Source of the DNA: Gammaproteobacteria bacterium
GTDB lineage: Bacteria; Pseudomonadota; Gammaproteobacteria; Natronospirales; REEB76
NCBI GenBank assembly: GCA_036000105.1
Contig: DASYGE010000012.1
Span: 460,436-524,435, forward strand
Reading direction: 5' to 3'
Length of the DNA: 64,000 bases
Shown here: positions 9,189 to 17,864 of the stretch, in pieces
How the letters are laid out: each line of letters begins with the position of its first letter
How positions within the stretch are numbered: position 1 is the stretch's first letter
Notes under the pieces: generated by a model
What the model was told of the DNA's origin: nothing
Database searches by the model: none
Seen by the model: only the letters and a program-made list of their open reading frames with translations
Position numbers and translations under genes: made by a program

Positions 9189-10100
9189 TCAGTGTCCCGC
9201 GCCGGCGTATTTGAATTCGCCGGCCGTGACCGCTAGGGCCAAGCGGTTCTGCGGCGGCGGCAGCGGACAGGTGGCGTAAGGGCTGAACGCGCAGGGCGGG
9301 TTGTAGGACTTGTTGAAGTCCAGCACCGTCACGCCGTCCACCGGGGGGCTCGCATACAGGAAGCGGCCGGCGCCGTAGGTCGTCTTGCCGCTGGTCTGAT
9401 CGGCGAACATCACGAAGTAATCGGTCTCGCCGTCTTCCAGCACCGCATCCAGGCGGTACTCATGACCGTCCTTGTCGAACACCAGTGCACCCGGCGAAGC
9501 CATGTCTTCTTCCATGCCGAGGATGTTGATGATGGGGATCTTCTTCATGGGCGTGTAGGGCACGAAGCGCGCTTCAAAGCGCCACTGCTGATCCACCGGG
9601 TAATGCTCAAGGCCCTTGAAGTGCACGCGGGCATCCGCCGCGCTGTCTTTCACCCGCAAGCCGAAGCGCGGCCCGCGCTGGATTGCGAAGAAGTTCACGC
9701 TGCCGTGGGTCAGCACGGTGGTATTGGGGTCCGCGTCGGTGCCGAGTTTGAGTGTGGTCACGGGCTTGCCACCGCTCAGGATGTCTGCGCCGGGGGCCGC
9801 CGTGAAACTCACGCTGCCCTTCTCCAGGGTGAAGTTGCCGGCCTTGGCCGGGAAATCGCCGCTGGTCAGCACCAGGTCGTTGCCGGGGGCCCTGCCGAAA
9901 CTGTTGGCGCCTTCCTTGAACCAGTAGAGCCCCACGAGCGTGGTCCAGCCATCCGGGCCGGTGAGGCGGTCCATGCGTCCGGCGCGCCAGGTGTCGATGT
10001 CTTTCTGATAGGCCACGGGATCCACCTGGGGTGCATGCCGGCTGCAGGCGGCGAGCAAGACGGCGCAGGCAACGGCGGTTACGAGGGATTTGTTGCGCAT
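9189..10100 (-). CDS. DUF1684 domain lipoprotein
   Basis: Start trimmed to MRNKSLVTAVACAVLLAACS (lipobox LAAC). C-terminal YNPPCAFSPYATCPLPPPQNRL is the DUF1684 signature. Confidence 0.8.
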   Translation of the reverse strand: MRNKSLVTAVACAVLLAACSRHAPQVDPVAYQKDIDTWRAGRMDRLTGPDGWTTLVGLYWFKEGANSFGRAPGNDLVLTSGDFPAKAGNFTLEKGSVSFTAAPGADILSGGKPVTTLKLGTDADPNTTVLTHGSVNFFAIQRGPRFGLRVKDSAADARVHFKGLEHYPVDQQWRFEARFVPYTPMKKIPIINILGMEEDMASPGALVFDKDGHEYRLDAVLEDGETDYFVMFADQTSGKTTYGAGRFLYASPPVDGVTVLDFNKSYNPPCAFSPYATCPLPPPQNRLALAVTAGEFKYAGAGH

Positions 10101-10176
10101 ACGCCAGTCTAGCAAAGGCGCGGGGCCGGTCAAAACCCCCACGCCGCCCATGCGGGCGGCGTGGGAAGCGTGAGCA

Positions 10177-10575
10177 TCAGATGAAGTTGAAGAAGTTGTC
10201 CAATGCCAACACCACGATCAAGGCCCAGCCCAGGCCGCTACCCACGAGCCGGCCCGGCGTCAGTTTAGCGGACTGCATCAGGCCCTGGGCGTGGAACAGG
10301 CGCGACACGATGAGGGTGATGCCCGCCACGTGCAGGAACCAGTGGGCGCTGCCGCGCAGTTCCAGCAGGAGCATCAGGATCAGCGTGATCGGGATGTACT
10401 CCATGGCGTTGCCGTGGGCGCGGATGGCGCAGAGCATCGCCTGCTTGCCGCCGTCACCCAGGTCCACCTTCTGTTTGCCGCGCGTCACCGATACACGGAT
10501 GGCCAGTGCCACGGCCAGGAGCGCCGCGATGCCTGCGTACAGGGCCGTGATGAATTCGATCTTGGCGAAATCCAT
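10177..10575 (-). CDS. MAPEG family membrane protein (YecN-like)
   Basis: 132 aa with 3-4 TM helices. RAHGNAMEYIP motif is typical of MAPEG. Confidence 0.8.
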   Translation of the reverse strand: MDFAKIEFITALYAGIAALLAVALAIRVSVTRGKQKVDLGDGGKQAMLCAIRAHGNAMEYIPITLILMLLLELRGSAHWFLHVAGITLIVSRLFHAQGLMQSAKLTPGRLVGSGLGWALIVVLALDNFFNFI

Positions 10576-10627
10576 GATGCATCCCTCCCCAGTTGTTTAT
10601 CGATGTCCGGGCGCTCGACTCAGAAGT

Positions 10628-11182
10628 TCAGCCGATGTATGCCCAATGCCACGGCTCGTAGCTGATGCCGTGGGGGTTGTCGCGAGGATAGGAGAGGCGG
10701 AAGCCGTGGCGCGGGGCGTGCTTCACGAGCCAGACGTAGGCACCGGTGGTCTCGAAGCCCTGCTCCAGCGGCTGGCAGTCCGGTGCCGTCAGGTCGAGAG
10801 CCCGGCCGGTGTGGTGTTCGCTGTAGCCCGGTGCCGCGTTGATCTTGAGGACGTCGGCGATGCTGCGGCCGTTGTCGAGTTTGCGCAGGATCAGCGCCCG
10901 CTGGTAGTCGAAGCTGCGGAAGGCGGAGACCACCAGCAGTTGGATGCCGTCCCGTTCGGCGGCGGCGCGCATGGCGTGCCAGGCTGCCGCAGCCTTGGGC
11001 GTGAGCTTCTGCTCACGACCGAGCACGTCGGCGCCGATGCTGACCAGTTCCTGTGCTTCCTCGCAGACTTCCAGCTTGCAGCGCGTGGCGTAGTCAGCGG
11101 GGATGCCGAGTTCAGCCAGCACCGTGGCCACCATGGCGCGATAATCCGGTATCGCAGGACGGGTGGCGGCCTGGTCTTTCAA
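10628..11182 (-). CDS. peptidase M15 (VanY-like D-Ala-D-Ala carboxypeptidase family)
   Basis: SAFRSFDYQ, SEHHTGRALDL and EPWHW zinc/catalytic motifs. The track start is TTG overlapping the upstream stop (TTGA), so the start is uncertain. Confidence 0.75.
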   Translation of the reverse strand: MKDQAATRPAIPDYRAMVATVLAELGIPADYATRCKLEVCEEAQELVSIGADVLGREQKLTPKAAAAWHAMRAAAERDGIQLLVVSAFRSFDYQRALILRKLDNGRSIADVLKINAAPGYSEHHTGRALDLTAPDCQPLEQGFETTGAYVWLVKHAPRHGFRLSYPRDNPHGISYEPWHWAYIG

Positions 11183-11784
11183 TGAGCGGCCTTCTGATAG
11201 GTGCCGATGAGTTCCGCTTCGCCGAGCACATGGCCCTGCATGGCGGATTCCAGTTGGGCCTTGGTGGGTCTATTCAGGTCGGGCAGCACCGTATCCAGGG
11301 CATAGAGTTTGTGGAAATAACGATGGCGACCGATGGGCGGCGCGGGGCCGCCATAACCGGTCTGCTTCCAGTCGTTCAGGCCTTCACGGGTGCCTGCCGG
11401 CAGGTGTTGCGAAGCGCCTTCGGCGAAGGCATACACGGTGGCGGGGATGTCGTACACCACCCAGTGCACCCAGGTCATCTGCGGTGCCGCGGGATCCGGC
11501 GCGTCCGGGTCGTCCATGATGAGCGCGTAGCTCTTGGTGCCCACCGGTGCATGGGTCCATGCGAGAGGCGGTGAGAGGTTGTCGCCGTCGCTGGTGAAGC
11601 GTGCCGGCATGGCGCCGTTGGGCTGGAATGAGGATGAAGTGAGCGTGAATGACCGCATGCCGCCGCCTCCTGCCGCCATGACCGCGGCACCGGTCGCGAG
11701 CAGGATCAGCAACGTGGACCAGGAAAGCTGCCGGGCCGTGAAGAAGCGCCTCATGGACTGCATCCCATCGATAAGCGGCAGCAC
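11179..11784 (-). CDS. YbhB/YbcL family PEBP (Raf kinase inhibitor-like) protein, secreted
   Basis: DDPDAP and GYGGPAPPIGRHRYFHKLYALD motifs. N-terminal signal-like segment; exact start ambiguous (several Met). Confidence 0.85.
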   Translation of the reverse strand: MLPLIDGMQSMRRFFTARQLSWSTLLILLATGAAVMAAGGGGMRSFTLTSSSFQPNGAMPARFTSDGDNLSPPLAWTHAPVGTKSYALIMDDPDAPDPAAPQMTWVHWVVYDIPATVYAFAEGASQHLPAGTREGLNDWKQTGYGGPAPPIGRHRYFHKLYALDTVLPDLNRPTKAQLESAMQGHVLGEAELIGTYQKAAH

Positions 11785-11823
11785 CGCCCCGCTTCAAGTA
11801 TAGGCCCGTGCGCCGGGCGCAGT

Positions 11824-12390
11824 TCATTCCAGGAAGGCCATCTTCTTCCATATCTGCCGTCCCGTGAGCGCATGCAGGACGGTGGCGCCCACATGCAGGG
11901 CCAGATAGGTCGGTATCCAGATGGACGCCTGCTGATGCAGCTCCTTGAGGGTATGCACCCAGCCCACGGCCCGCTCGCCGGGGACGATGACCATGCTGAG
12001 GACGGTGCCGCAGACGGCCTGCCAGGTGAAGAGCAGGAGCCCCACACTCTGCACCGCGGCGTTCAGCCCGCGATGCACGGCAGGTTCCGGCATGCGGAGA
12101 CCGAACAGGGTACGCACGTCCGCCTTCACCGCGGCCCAGCGTTCGCGGGTATAAGGCACCCAGGCGCTGAAGCGCAGCGCGCGGGGACCGAAGAAGCCGT
12201 ACAGGATGCGCAGCGCCAGTACCGCGCTGAAGGTCAGGCCCACGTATTCGTGCAGAGTGAAGTTCGGATGCACCGGCTTGTCGTAATCACCCGCATCCTC
12301 GCCTATCCACCAGGCCCAGGTGCCGAGGATGGCGACGCCGAGATGCAGCGCACGGGTGGGGATGTCGAGTTTCGTATTCATGTCGGTCAT
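11824..12390 (-). CDS. cytochrome b561 / Ni-Fe hydrogenase b-type cytochrome family membrane protein
   Basis: Start trimmed to MTDMNTK. Four TM helices with conserved His (HLGVA, HEYVGL, ELHQQ, HVGATVLH). Confidence 0.7.
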   Translation of the reverse strand: MTDMNTKLDIPTRALHLGVAILGTWAWWIGEDAGDYDKPVHPNFTLHEYVGLTFSAVLALRILYGFFGPRALRFSAWVPYTRERWAAVKADVRTLFGLRMPEPAVHRGLNAAVQSVGLLLFTWQAVCGTVLSMVIVPGERAVGWVHTLKELHQQASIWIPTYLALHVGATVLHALTGRQIWKKMAFLE

Positions 12391-12403
12391 GGATATCTCG
12401 CTT

Positions 12404-12616
12404 TCAGTCACCGCCGGGCCGTGCACCCAGGAGGCGCGCCGGCAGGAACAGGATGGCTTTGAGGAACTCGAACACCGCGTCCAGCGTGAGTCCCACGAGC
12501 CGTAACGGCAGCAGGATGAGCCAGAGGAACGGGTAGAGGATGAGCGCCACCAGCGCCAGCGGCCAGCACAGCACCAGCAATATCAGCCACAGGATCAGAC
12601 CGGTGAAGCCACGCAT
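12404..12616 (-). CDS. small hydrophobic membrane protein (70 aa), function unknown
   Basis: GGGAGA RBS 6 nt upstream of the ATG, strong GC3 codon bias, and two predicted TM helices. Sits 13 nt upstream of the cytochrome b gene. Confidence 0.55.
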   Translation of the reverse strand: MRGFTGLILWLILLVLCWPLALVALILYPFLWLILLPLRLVGLTLDAVFEFLKAILFLPARLLGARPGGD

Positions 12617-12657
12617 GCCTTATTCTCCCTGATGTCGCGTTGCAGTATAGCGATGGT

Positions 12658-13083
12658 CTAGGGAGTTTTCTCCGGGGTCTCCTGGGCACTCACAGCCTGC
12701 CAGCGGCTGTCGCGCCTCACGAACACGTCAGTGAAGCGTATACGGTAGGTGAACGAACCGTCTATGGCGACGATGGTGTTCTGTCCGGTGACGATGCCAG
12801 TGTCGCCGTAGAGCCTCACCTTGAGTTCCTCCAGCGTCTGCTTGGTCTTACCCGGTGCCAGGCTGGAATGCAGGTGATCGGTCTTGTCGCGTAGCGCGCC
12901 CTGGTAGGTGACGTCCACGAAGTCGTCCGCCAGGATCTGTTGCAGCGCGGCGGTATCGTGCTGCATGGCGGCGGTGAGCCAGCGTTGTTCCAGGTCCAGC
13001 AGCTGCTGAGTGTCGGATGTGGCGGCCTGGACGCTTGAGCCCAGGAGGCAAGTGAAGGCGGCGAAGATCAACGCGGCGCGCAT
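12658..13083 (-). CDS. secreted DUF4440 / SnoaL-like (NTF2 fold) protein
   Basis: Start trimmed to MRAALIFAAFTCLLGSSVQA (signal peptide). LEQRWLTAAMQHDTAAL...RDSRWQAV pattern is typical of DUF4440. Confidence 0.7.
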   Translation of the reverse strand: MRAALIFAAFTCLLGSSVQAATSDTQQLLDLEQRWLTAAMQHDTAALQQILADDFVDVTYQGALRDKTDHLHSSLAPGKTKQTLEELKVRLYGDTGIVTGQNTIVAIDGSFTYRIRFTDVFVRRDSRWQAVSAQETPEKTP

Positions 13084-13161
13084 GTCTGGTACTCCGGGTT
13101 TATCTGCGGTACTGAGGATGCTTGATGCTACGGTAGCGGGCGCGGCGGGTAAAATGCGCGC

Positions 13162-15312
13162 ATGGATGTGACCGCGATCCTCGATCAACTCAATCCTCCC
13201 CAGCGGGAGGCGGTGAGCGCTGAGGCCAAACCGACCCTGGTGCTGGCCGGCGCCGGCAGCGGCAAGACCCGGGTGCTGGTGCACCGTATCGCCTGGCTCC
13301 TGCAGGTGGAGAACATCTCGCCCTTCGGCATACTCGCGGTCACCTTCACCAACAAGGCGGCAGGCGAGATGCGTGCCCGGGTGGAGCGCCTCATGGGCGG
13401 CTCCGCCGCCGGCATGTGGATAGGCACCTTCCACTCCATCGCGCATCGGCTCTTGCGCCAGCATTGGCGCGAGGCGGGGTTACCCCAGGCCTTCCAGATA
13501 CTCGATTCCGAGGATCAGTACCGGCTCATCCGCCGTGTGTTGAAGAGCCTGGAGCTGGATGAGTCGCGCTATCCGCCCCGCCAGGCCCAGTGGTTCATCA
13601 ACTCGCGCAAGGACGACGGCTTGCGCGCCAAGAACATCCCGGACAGCGACGATCCCGTGCAGCACAGCCTGCTCCGAGTCTACCGCGCCTACGAAGAGGC
13701 TTGCGAGCGCGGCGGCATGGTGGATTTCGCGGAACTCTTGCTGCGCTCCCACGAGTTGTGGCTCAAGAACCCGGGTTTGCTGGAGCATTACCGGCGGCGC
13801 TTCCGCCACATCCTGGTGGACGAGTTCCAGGACACCAACGCCATCCAGTACGCTTCGGTGCGCATGCTGACTGGGGAGAGCGGCGTGCCTTTCGTGGTGG
13901 GCGACGATGACCAGTCCATCTACGGCTGGCGCGGCGCCAAGATCGAGAACATCCTGCGCTTCGAGAAGGATTTCCCCGGTACCCGGGTGATCCGCCTGGA
14001 GCAGAACTACCGCTCCACCGGCAACATCCTGAAGGCAGCCAACGCGCTCATCTCCCATAACTCCACGCGCTTGGGCAAGAATCTGTGGACCGCCGGCAGT
14101 GACGGTGCGCCCATCCACATCTACGCCGCCTACAATGAGCAGGACGAAGCCCAGTTCATCATCGAACGCATCAAGCACTGGCAGGACACGGGCGGTACGC
14201 GGAGCGAAGTGGCGGTGCTGTACCGCTCCAACGCCCAATCGCGGGTGTTCGAGGAGCGGCTGATGTTGGAGGGCATCCCCTACCGGGTCTATGGCGGCCT
14301 GCGCTTCTTCGAGCGCCAGGAGATCAAGGATGCGCTCGCCTATCTCAAGCTCATGGAGAACCGCAACGACGATTCCTCCTTCGAGCGGGTGATCAACGTG
14401 CCCACCCGGGGCATAGGCACCCGCAGCGTGGAACTCCTGCGGGAACGGGCCAAGCGGGATTCCCTCTCCCTGTGGCAGGCGCTGGAAGCCATCGTTGCGG
14501 AGAAACAGCAGCCGGCCCGGGTGAGCGGGGCTTTCGAGAAGTTTGCCAAGCTGATGCACAACATCGATCTCGGCGCCCGCGGCCTGCAGCTCTACGAACA
14601 GGTGGACCAGGCGTTGCACGGCAGCGGCCTCGTGGAGTTCTACAAGGCCGAGAAGGGTGAGCGTGGCGAGGCCCGGGTGGAGAACCTGGAAGAACTCGTC
14701 AACGCCGCCCGCAGCTTCGTGCTGGAGGAAGCGGAAGGCACGACGGCCTTGTCCTCCTTCCTGTCCCATGCGGCGCTCGAGGCCGGCGAGGGCCAGGCAG
14801 AAGCCTGGGAAGATTGCGTGCAGCTCATGACGCTGCATTCCGCGAAGGGTCTCGAGTTCCCGCTGGTGTTCATCTGCGGCATGGAAGACGGCCTCTTCCC
14901 CCATGAGCGCTCGAGCGATGACCTGGAGGGCCTCGAGGAGGAGCGGCGCCTGTGCTACGTGGGCATGACCCGCGCCATGCAGGAGCTGTTCATGAGTTAC
15001 GCGGAGCAGCGCCGCCTGCACGGCATGGACAACTACGGCGTACCTTCACGCTTCCTGAGGGAACTGCCGGCGGAATTGGTGGAAGAGATCCGCCCGCGGG
15101 TTCAGGTGTCACGTCCATACACGGCCACGGCCCTGGGCGGCATGGCACCGACGGGTTTCAGCCTCGGTCAGCGGGTGCGGCATCCCACCTTCGGTGAGGG
15201 CGTGGTGCTGGATTACGAAGGCGATGGTTCCCACGCGCGGGTGCAGGTGAACTTCAAATCCGCGGGTTCCAAGTGGCTGGTGGTTGCCTACGCCAATCTC
15301 TCGCCGGTGTGA
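13162..15312 (+). CDS. uvrD: DNA helicase II
   Basis: 716 aa. Walker A AGAGSGKT, TFTNKAAGEMR, DEFQDTN, and full-length UvrD/Rep architecture. Confidence 0.95.
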   Translation: MDVTAILDQLNPPQREAVSAEAKPTLVLAGAGSGKTRVLVHRIAWLLQVENISPFGILAVTFTNKAAGEMRARVERLMGGSAAGMWIGTFHSIAHRLLRQHWREAGLPQAFQILDSEDQYRLIRRVLKSLELDESRYPPRQAQWFINSRKDDGLRAKNIPDSDDPVQHSLLRVYRAYEEACERGGMVDFAELLLRSHELWLKNPGLLEHYRRRFRHILVDEFQDTNAIQYASVRMLTGESGVPFVVGDDDQSIYGWRGAKIENILRFEKDFPGTRVIRLEQNYRSTGNILKAANALISHNSTRLGKNLWTAGSDGAPIHIYAAYNEQDEAQFIIERIKHWQDTGGTRSEVAVLYRSNAQSRVFEERLMLEGIPYRVYGGLRFFERQEIKDALAYLKLMENRNDDSSFERVINVPTRGIGTRSVELLRERAKRDSLSLWQALEAIVAEKQQPARVSGAFEKFAKLMHNIDLGARGLQLYEQVDQALHGSGLVEFYKAEKGERGEARVENLEELVNAARSFVLEEAEGTTALSSFLSHAALEAGEGQAEAWEDCVQLMTLHSAKGLEFPLVFICGMEDGLFPHERSSDDLEGLEEERRLCYVGMTRAMQELFMSYAEQRRLHGMDNYGVPSRFLRELPAELVEEIRPRVQVSRPYTATALGGMAPTGFSLGQRVRHPTFGEGVVLDYEGDGSHARVQVNFKSAGSKWLVVAYANLSPV

Positions 15313-15334
15313 GCGATGTCCCAGGAGAACATGT

Positions 15335-16021
15335 ATGAGTGAAGACGACAAGCAGGAACGGAAGGCGGCGAGGATCCGCCGTTATATGGCGGAGTTCAAT
15401 GAAGGCTTCGAGCGGCTCTCGACCATCGGGCCCTCGGTGAGCGTGTTCGGTTCGGCCCGCACCGCGCCGGAAGATCCGCGCTATGGCCTGACGGAACGCA
15501 TCGGCCGTCTGTTGTCGGATGCGGGCTTCGCAGTGGTGAGCGGTGGCGGCCCCGGCCTCATGGCGGCGGCCAACCGGGGTGCCTACGCGGGCAAATCGTC
15601 CAGCATCGGTCTCAACATCCAGTTACCCCATGAGCAGCACGTCAATCCCTATCAGGACCTGACGCTCTCGTTCCGGCACTTCTTCGCCCGCAAGGTGATG
15701 TTCGTGCGCTACGCTTGCGCCTATGTGGTGTTGCCCGGCGGCTTCGGCACCCTCGATGAACTGGCGGAGGTCCTCACTCTGATCCAGACCGGCAAGAGCC
15801 GGCGCGTGCCCATCGTGCTGGTGGAAGGCGCGTTCTGGAATGGGCTCTTGGACTGGATGAAGCAGAAGATGGCGGGCGGAGGCCTGATAGGCCCAGAGGA
15901 TCTGGAACTGTTGCGGGTGGTGGAGAGAGCAGAGGAAGTATTGCCGGCCATCCTCCAGCATTACGGCGAACGTCACTACAGCCCGACGCCTGAAGAAGAC
16001 GACATCATGTTCGAGCTCTAG
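15335..16021 (+). CDS. LOG family protein (TIGR00730-type nucleotide phosphoribohydrolase)
   Basis: Start set at the ATG after an AGGAGA RBS. GGGPGLM and PGGFGTLDE motifs. Confidence 0.85.
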   Translation: MSEDDKQERKAARIRRYMAEFNEGFERLSTIGPSVSVFGSARTAPEDPRYGLTERIGRLLSDAGFAVVSGGGPGLMAAANRGAYAGKSSSIGLNIQLPHEQHVNPYQDLTLSFRHFFARKVMFVRYACAYVVLPGGFGTLDELAEVLTLIQTGKSRRVPIVLVEGAFWNGLLDWMKQKMAGGGLIGPEDLELLRVVERAEEVLPAILQHYGERHYSPTPEEDDIMFEL

Positions 16022-16287
16022 GAGCCCGGGCGGTCTCCCGTATCGTCTTTGTCCACTTCATCCAGCACCGCTGAATAATCCGTCGCCAGCACTTCCCGCG
16101 CGGCCTTCGCATCGCCCCGCGTCACCCGGAGCTTGATGCCGCCCAGGGCGATGGAGTAGAGCCAGTCCATCTGCACCATCTGCTCGTCGAACAGCTGCGC
16201 TTCTATGCCTTCCGCCAAGAGCCGGCCCAGCGCGATGTGCGCATCGATGACTTTGTCGTAAGTGGCGATGGTGACGAATTCGTCCAT
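16018..16287 (-). CDS. DUF2007 domain protein (putative signal-transducing protein)
   Basis: Trimmed to MDEFVTIATYDKVIDAHIALGRLLAEGIEAQL..., a typical DUF2007 beginning. Its stop codon overlaps the LOG gene stop (convergent). Confidence 0.6.
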   Translation of the reverse strand: MDEFVTIATYDKVIDAHIALGRLLAEGIEAQLFDEQMVQMDWLYSIALGGIKLRVTRGDAKAAREVLATDYSAVLDEVDKDDTGDRPGS

Positions 16288-16469
16288 ATCCGCGCGCAGG
16301 TCTTTTGGGGGTGGAGGTTCGCGGGGCTCACGCCAGCCTTGCACGCTTTCCCTGAGGGGCAGCGCGAGGGTGCGCACCAGATGGGTCAGAGCGGCGATGC
16401 TGAACACGGCCCCCCCCGCGTCGGCCGGCAAGCGGTCTTAGAGAACAATTAAAGCACAACTGCGACGGG

Positions 16470-16680
16470 CTCGGATTACAGCAGTACTTGGATATAGGCG
16501 TGATGCCGGGAGCATCACCCGCGAAACAGTCACGTAAGTGACTGTTTCGGCGGAGAAGCGTCCGGGCCTGTACCGGACGCGACGAATCTGTAAAAGGCCA
16601 AGGATGGCCTTTTACAGAAGAGATATAAAAGACCCCGGCGGTAAGGGGACCGCCGGGGAGAGCCTTCTTGGCTGGAGGTG
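16470..16680 (+). ncRNA. candidate GGA-rich structured RNA (plus strand); boundaries and existence unproven
   Basis: Five consecutive perfect hairpins at 16500-16518, 16522-16549, 16558-16580, 16587-16618 and 16633-16658. Three loops carry GGA on this strand (CGGGA, AAGGAU, UAAGGGGA). I counted 9 GGA vs 1 UCC in 16441-16700. No plus-strand U-tract terminator. Confidence 0.2.
16621..16658 (-). terminator. intrinsic terminator oriented on the minus strand, orphan with respect to annotated genes
   Basis: Minus strand reads CCCCGGCGG-UCCCCUUA-CCGCCGGGG followed by UCUUUUAUAUCU. The nearest upstream gene (pip) is on the other strand. Confidence 0.6.
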
Positions 16681-16890
16681 ATTGGTGCTACTGCACCACA
16701 TCGATGGGCCTGAATCCTTTCGTCCTACCCGGGCCCCGGTCCTAGATACATCCTTGTCCCGCCATTCCATGGCGGTTCAGGCAGGTGTTACTCTGGCCCT
16801 GGCGGGTGAGGCTTAAAGCCAGCGGATGCCGACAGAAGCCGTAGGACAATCCCTACAAGCTCCTAGAGCTCCGCCCGCTCGGGCGACCCT
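16621..16890 (-). ncRNA. candidate CsrA/RsmA-binding sRNA (minus strand); 5' end unknown
   Basis: The minus strand of 16700-16907 has 10 GGA vs 3 UCC. These include GGACAAGGAUGU (16748-16759), an 11/12 match to the CsrA SELEX consensus RUACARGGAUGU, and a CCGCCAU-GGA-AUGGCGG hairpin. Ends in the terminator at 16621-16658. No ORF >=60 aa lies in 16453-16825. Confidence 0.35.
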
Positions 16891-16907
16891 GAAGGAAACC
16901 GCTCCTT

Positions 16908-17864
16908 ATGGCCGACTACTACCCACCCCTGGAGCCCTATGCCGTCCACCGCCTGGCGGTGGATCAGCCCCACGAGGTCTATGTCGAAGAGTGCGGCAAC
17001 CCCCAGGGGCTGCCGGTGGTGTTCGTGCACGGCGGCCCGGGCGGCGGCTGCACCCCGGATAACCGGCGCTTCTTCGATCCCGCCCGCTACCGCATCGTGC
17101 TGTTCGACCAGCGGGGCTGCGGCCGCTCCCGTCCCCACGCGGAACTCGCCGGCAACACCAGCCCCGCTCTCGTGGCCGACATGGAGAGCATCCGCAGGCT
17201 GCTCGGCATCGAGAAGTGGGTGGTGTTCGGCGGCTCCTGGGGTTCGACCCTAGCGCTGCTCTACGCCGAGACCCACCCGGAGCGGGTGCGGGCTCTGGTG
17301 TTGCGCGGCATCTTCCTCGCCACCCGCGCGGAACTCGACTGGTTCTATTACTCCGGTCTCAAGCACATCTTCCCGGAGCACTACGATGACTTCCTTTCGC
17401 TCATCCCCACAGCGGAACGCGGCGATCTGCTGCGGGCTTATTACCGGCGTCTCACGGATGCGGACCTGGAAGTGCGTCGGCGTACGGCGGAAGCCTGGTC
17501 ACTGTTCGAGGCGCGCTGTTCGACGCTCTTGCCCAGCGATTCCCTGGTGAGCCTCTACACCGGGCCCGAGGTGGCCATCGCCGTCTCGCGCATCGAATGC
17601 CATTACTTCATCAACGGCTGCTTCCTGGCTGAGGATCAGCTGATTCGCGATGTGCGCCGGGTGCGTGGCATCCCGGGGGTCATCGTGCAGGGCCGTTACG
17701 ATGTGGTCTGCCCGCCGGTGTCCGCCTGGCGCTTGAAGCAGGCCTGGCCGGAGGCGGAGTTGCACATCATCCCGGACGCAGGCCATGCGGCCGGCGAACC
17801 CAGCACGCGCAGCAAGCTCGTGGAACTCACGGACCGTTTTGCCCGGGAGCTTCCCGTCCTGTGA
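16908..17864 (+). CDS. pip: prolyl aminopeptidase (proline iminopeptidase)
   Basis: 318 aa. VFVHGGPGGG, FDQRGCGRS and GGSWGSTLAL (nucleophile elbow) motifs. Confidence 0.9.
   Translation: MADYYPPLEPYAVHRLAVDQPHEVYVEECGNPQGLPVVFVHGGPGGGCTPDNRRFFDPARYRIVLFDQRGCGRSRPHAELAGNTSPALVADMESIRRLLGIEKWVVFGGSWGSTLALLYAETHPERVRALVLRGIFLATRAELDWFYYSGLKHIFPEHYDDFLSLIPTAERGDLLRAYYRRLTDADLEVRRRTAEAWSLFEARCSTLLPSDSLVSLYTGPEVAIAVSRIECHYFINGCFLAEDQLIRDVRRVRGIPGVIVQGRYDVVCPPVSAWRLKQAWPEAELHIIPDAGHAAGEPSTRSKLVELTDRFARELPVL

Noticed and set aside
16018-16021. Overlapping stop codons of the convergent LOG and DUF2007 genes as a regulatory feature.
   Set aside because: This is a 4-nt overlap of convergent stops with no associated structure. 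It is most simply genome compaction.
16587-16618. The hairpin TCTGTAAAAGGCC...GGCCTTTTACAGA as a GacA/UvrY box (TGTAAG-N6-CTTACA) driving an Rsm-type sRNA.
   Set aside because: The half-sites are similar (TGTAAA / TTTACA), but they are 16 nt apart rather than 6, so it does not fit the known box geometry. It is kept only as part of the hairpin description.
16441-16907. Could the structured intergenic region be a housekeeping RNA (tmRNA, RNase P RNA, 6S, SRP/4.5S) or a known riboswitch?
   Set aside because: On neither strand could I find any of the following:
- The RNase P GGAAAGUCCGG core.
- A tmRNA acceptor/T-arm ending in UCCACCA, or a tag reading frame.
- The SRP GGAA/AGCA helix-8 motif.
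- The B12, TPP, ZTP, SAH, glycine, Moco or c-di-GMP conserved cores as I remember them.
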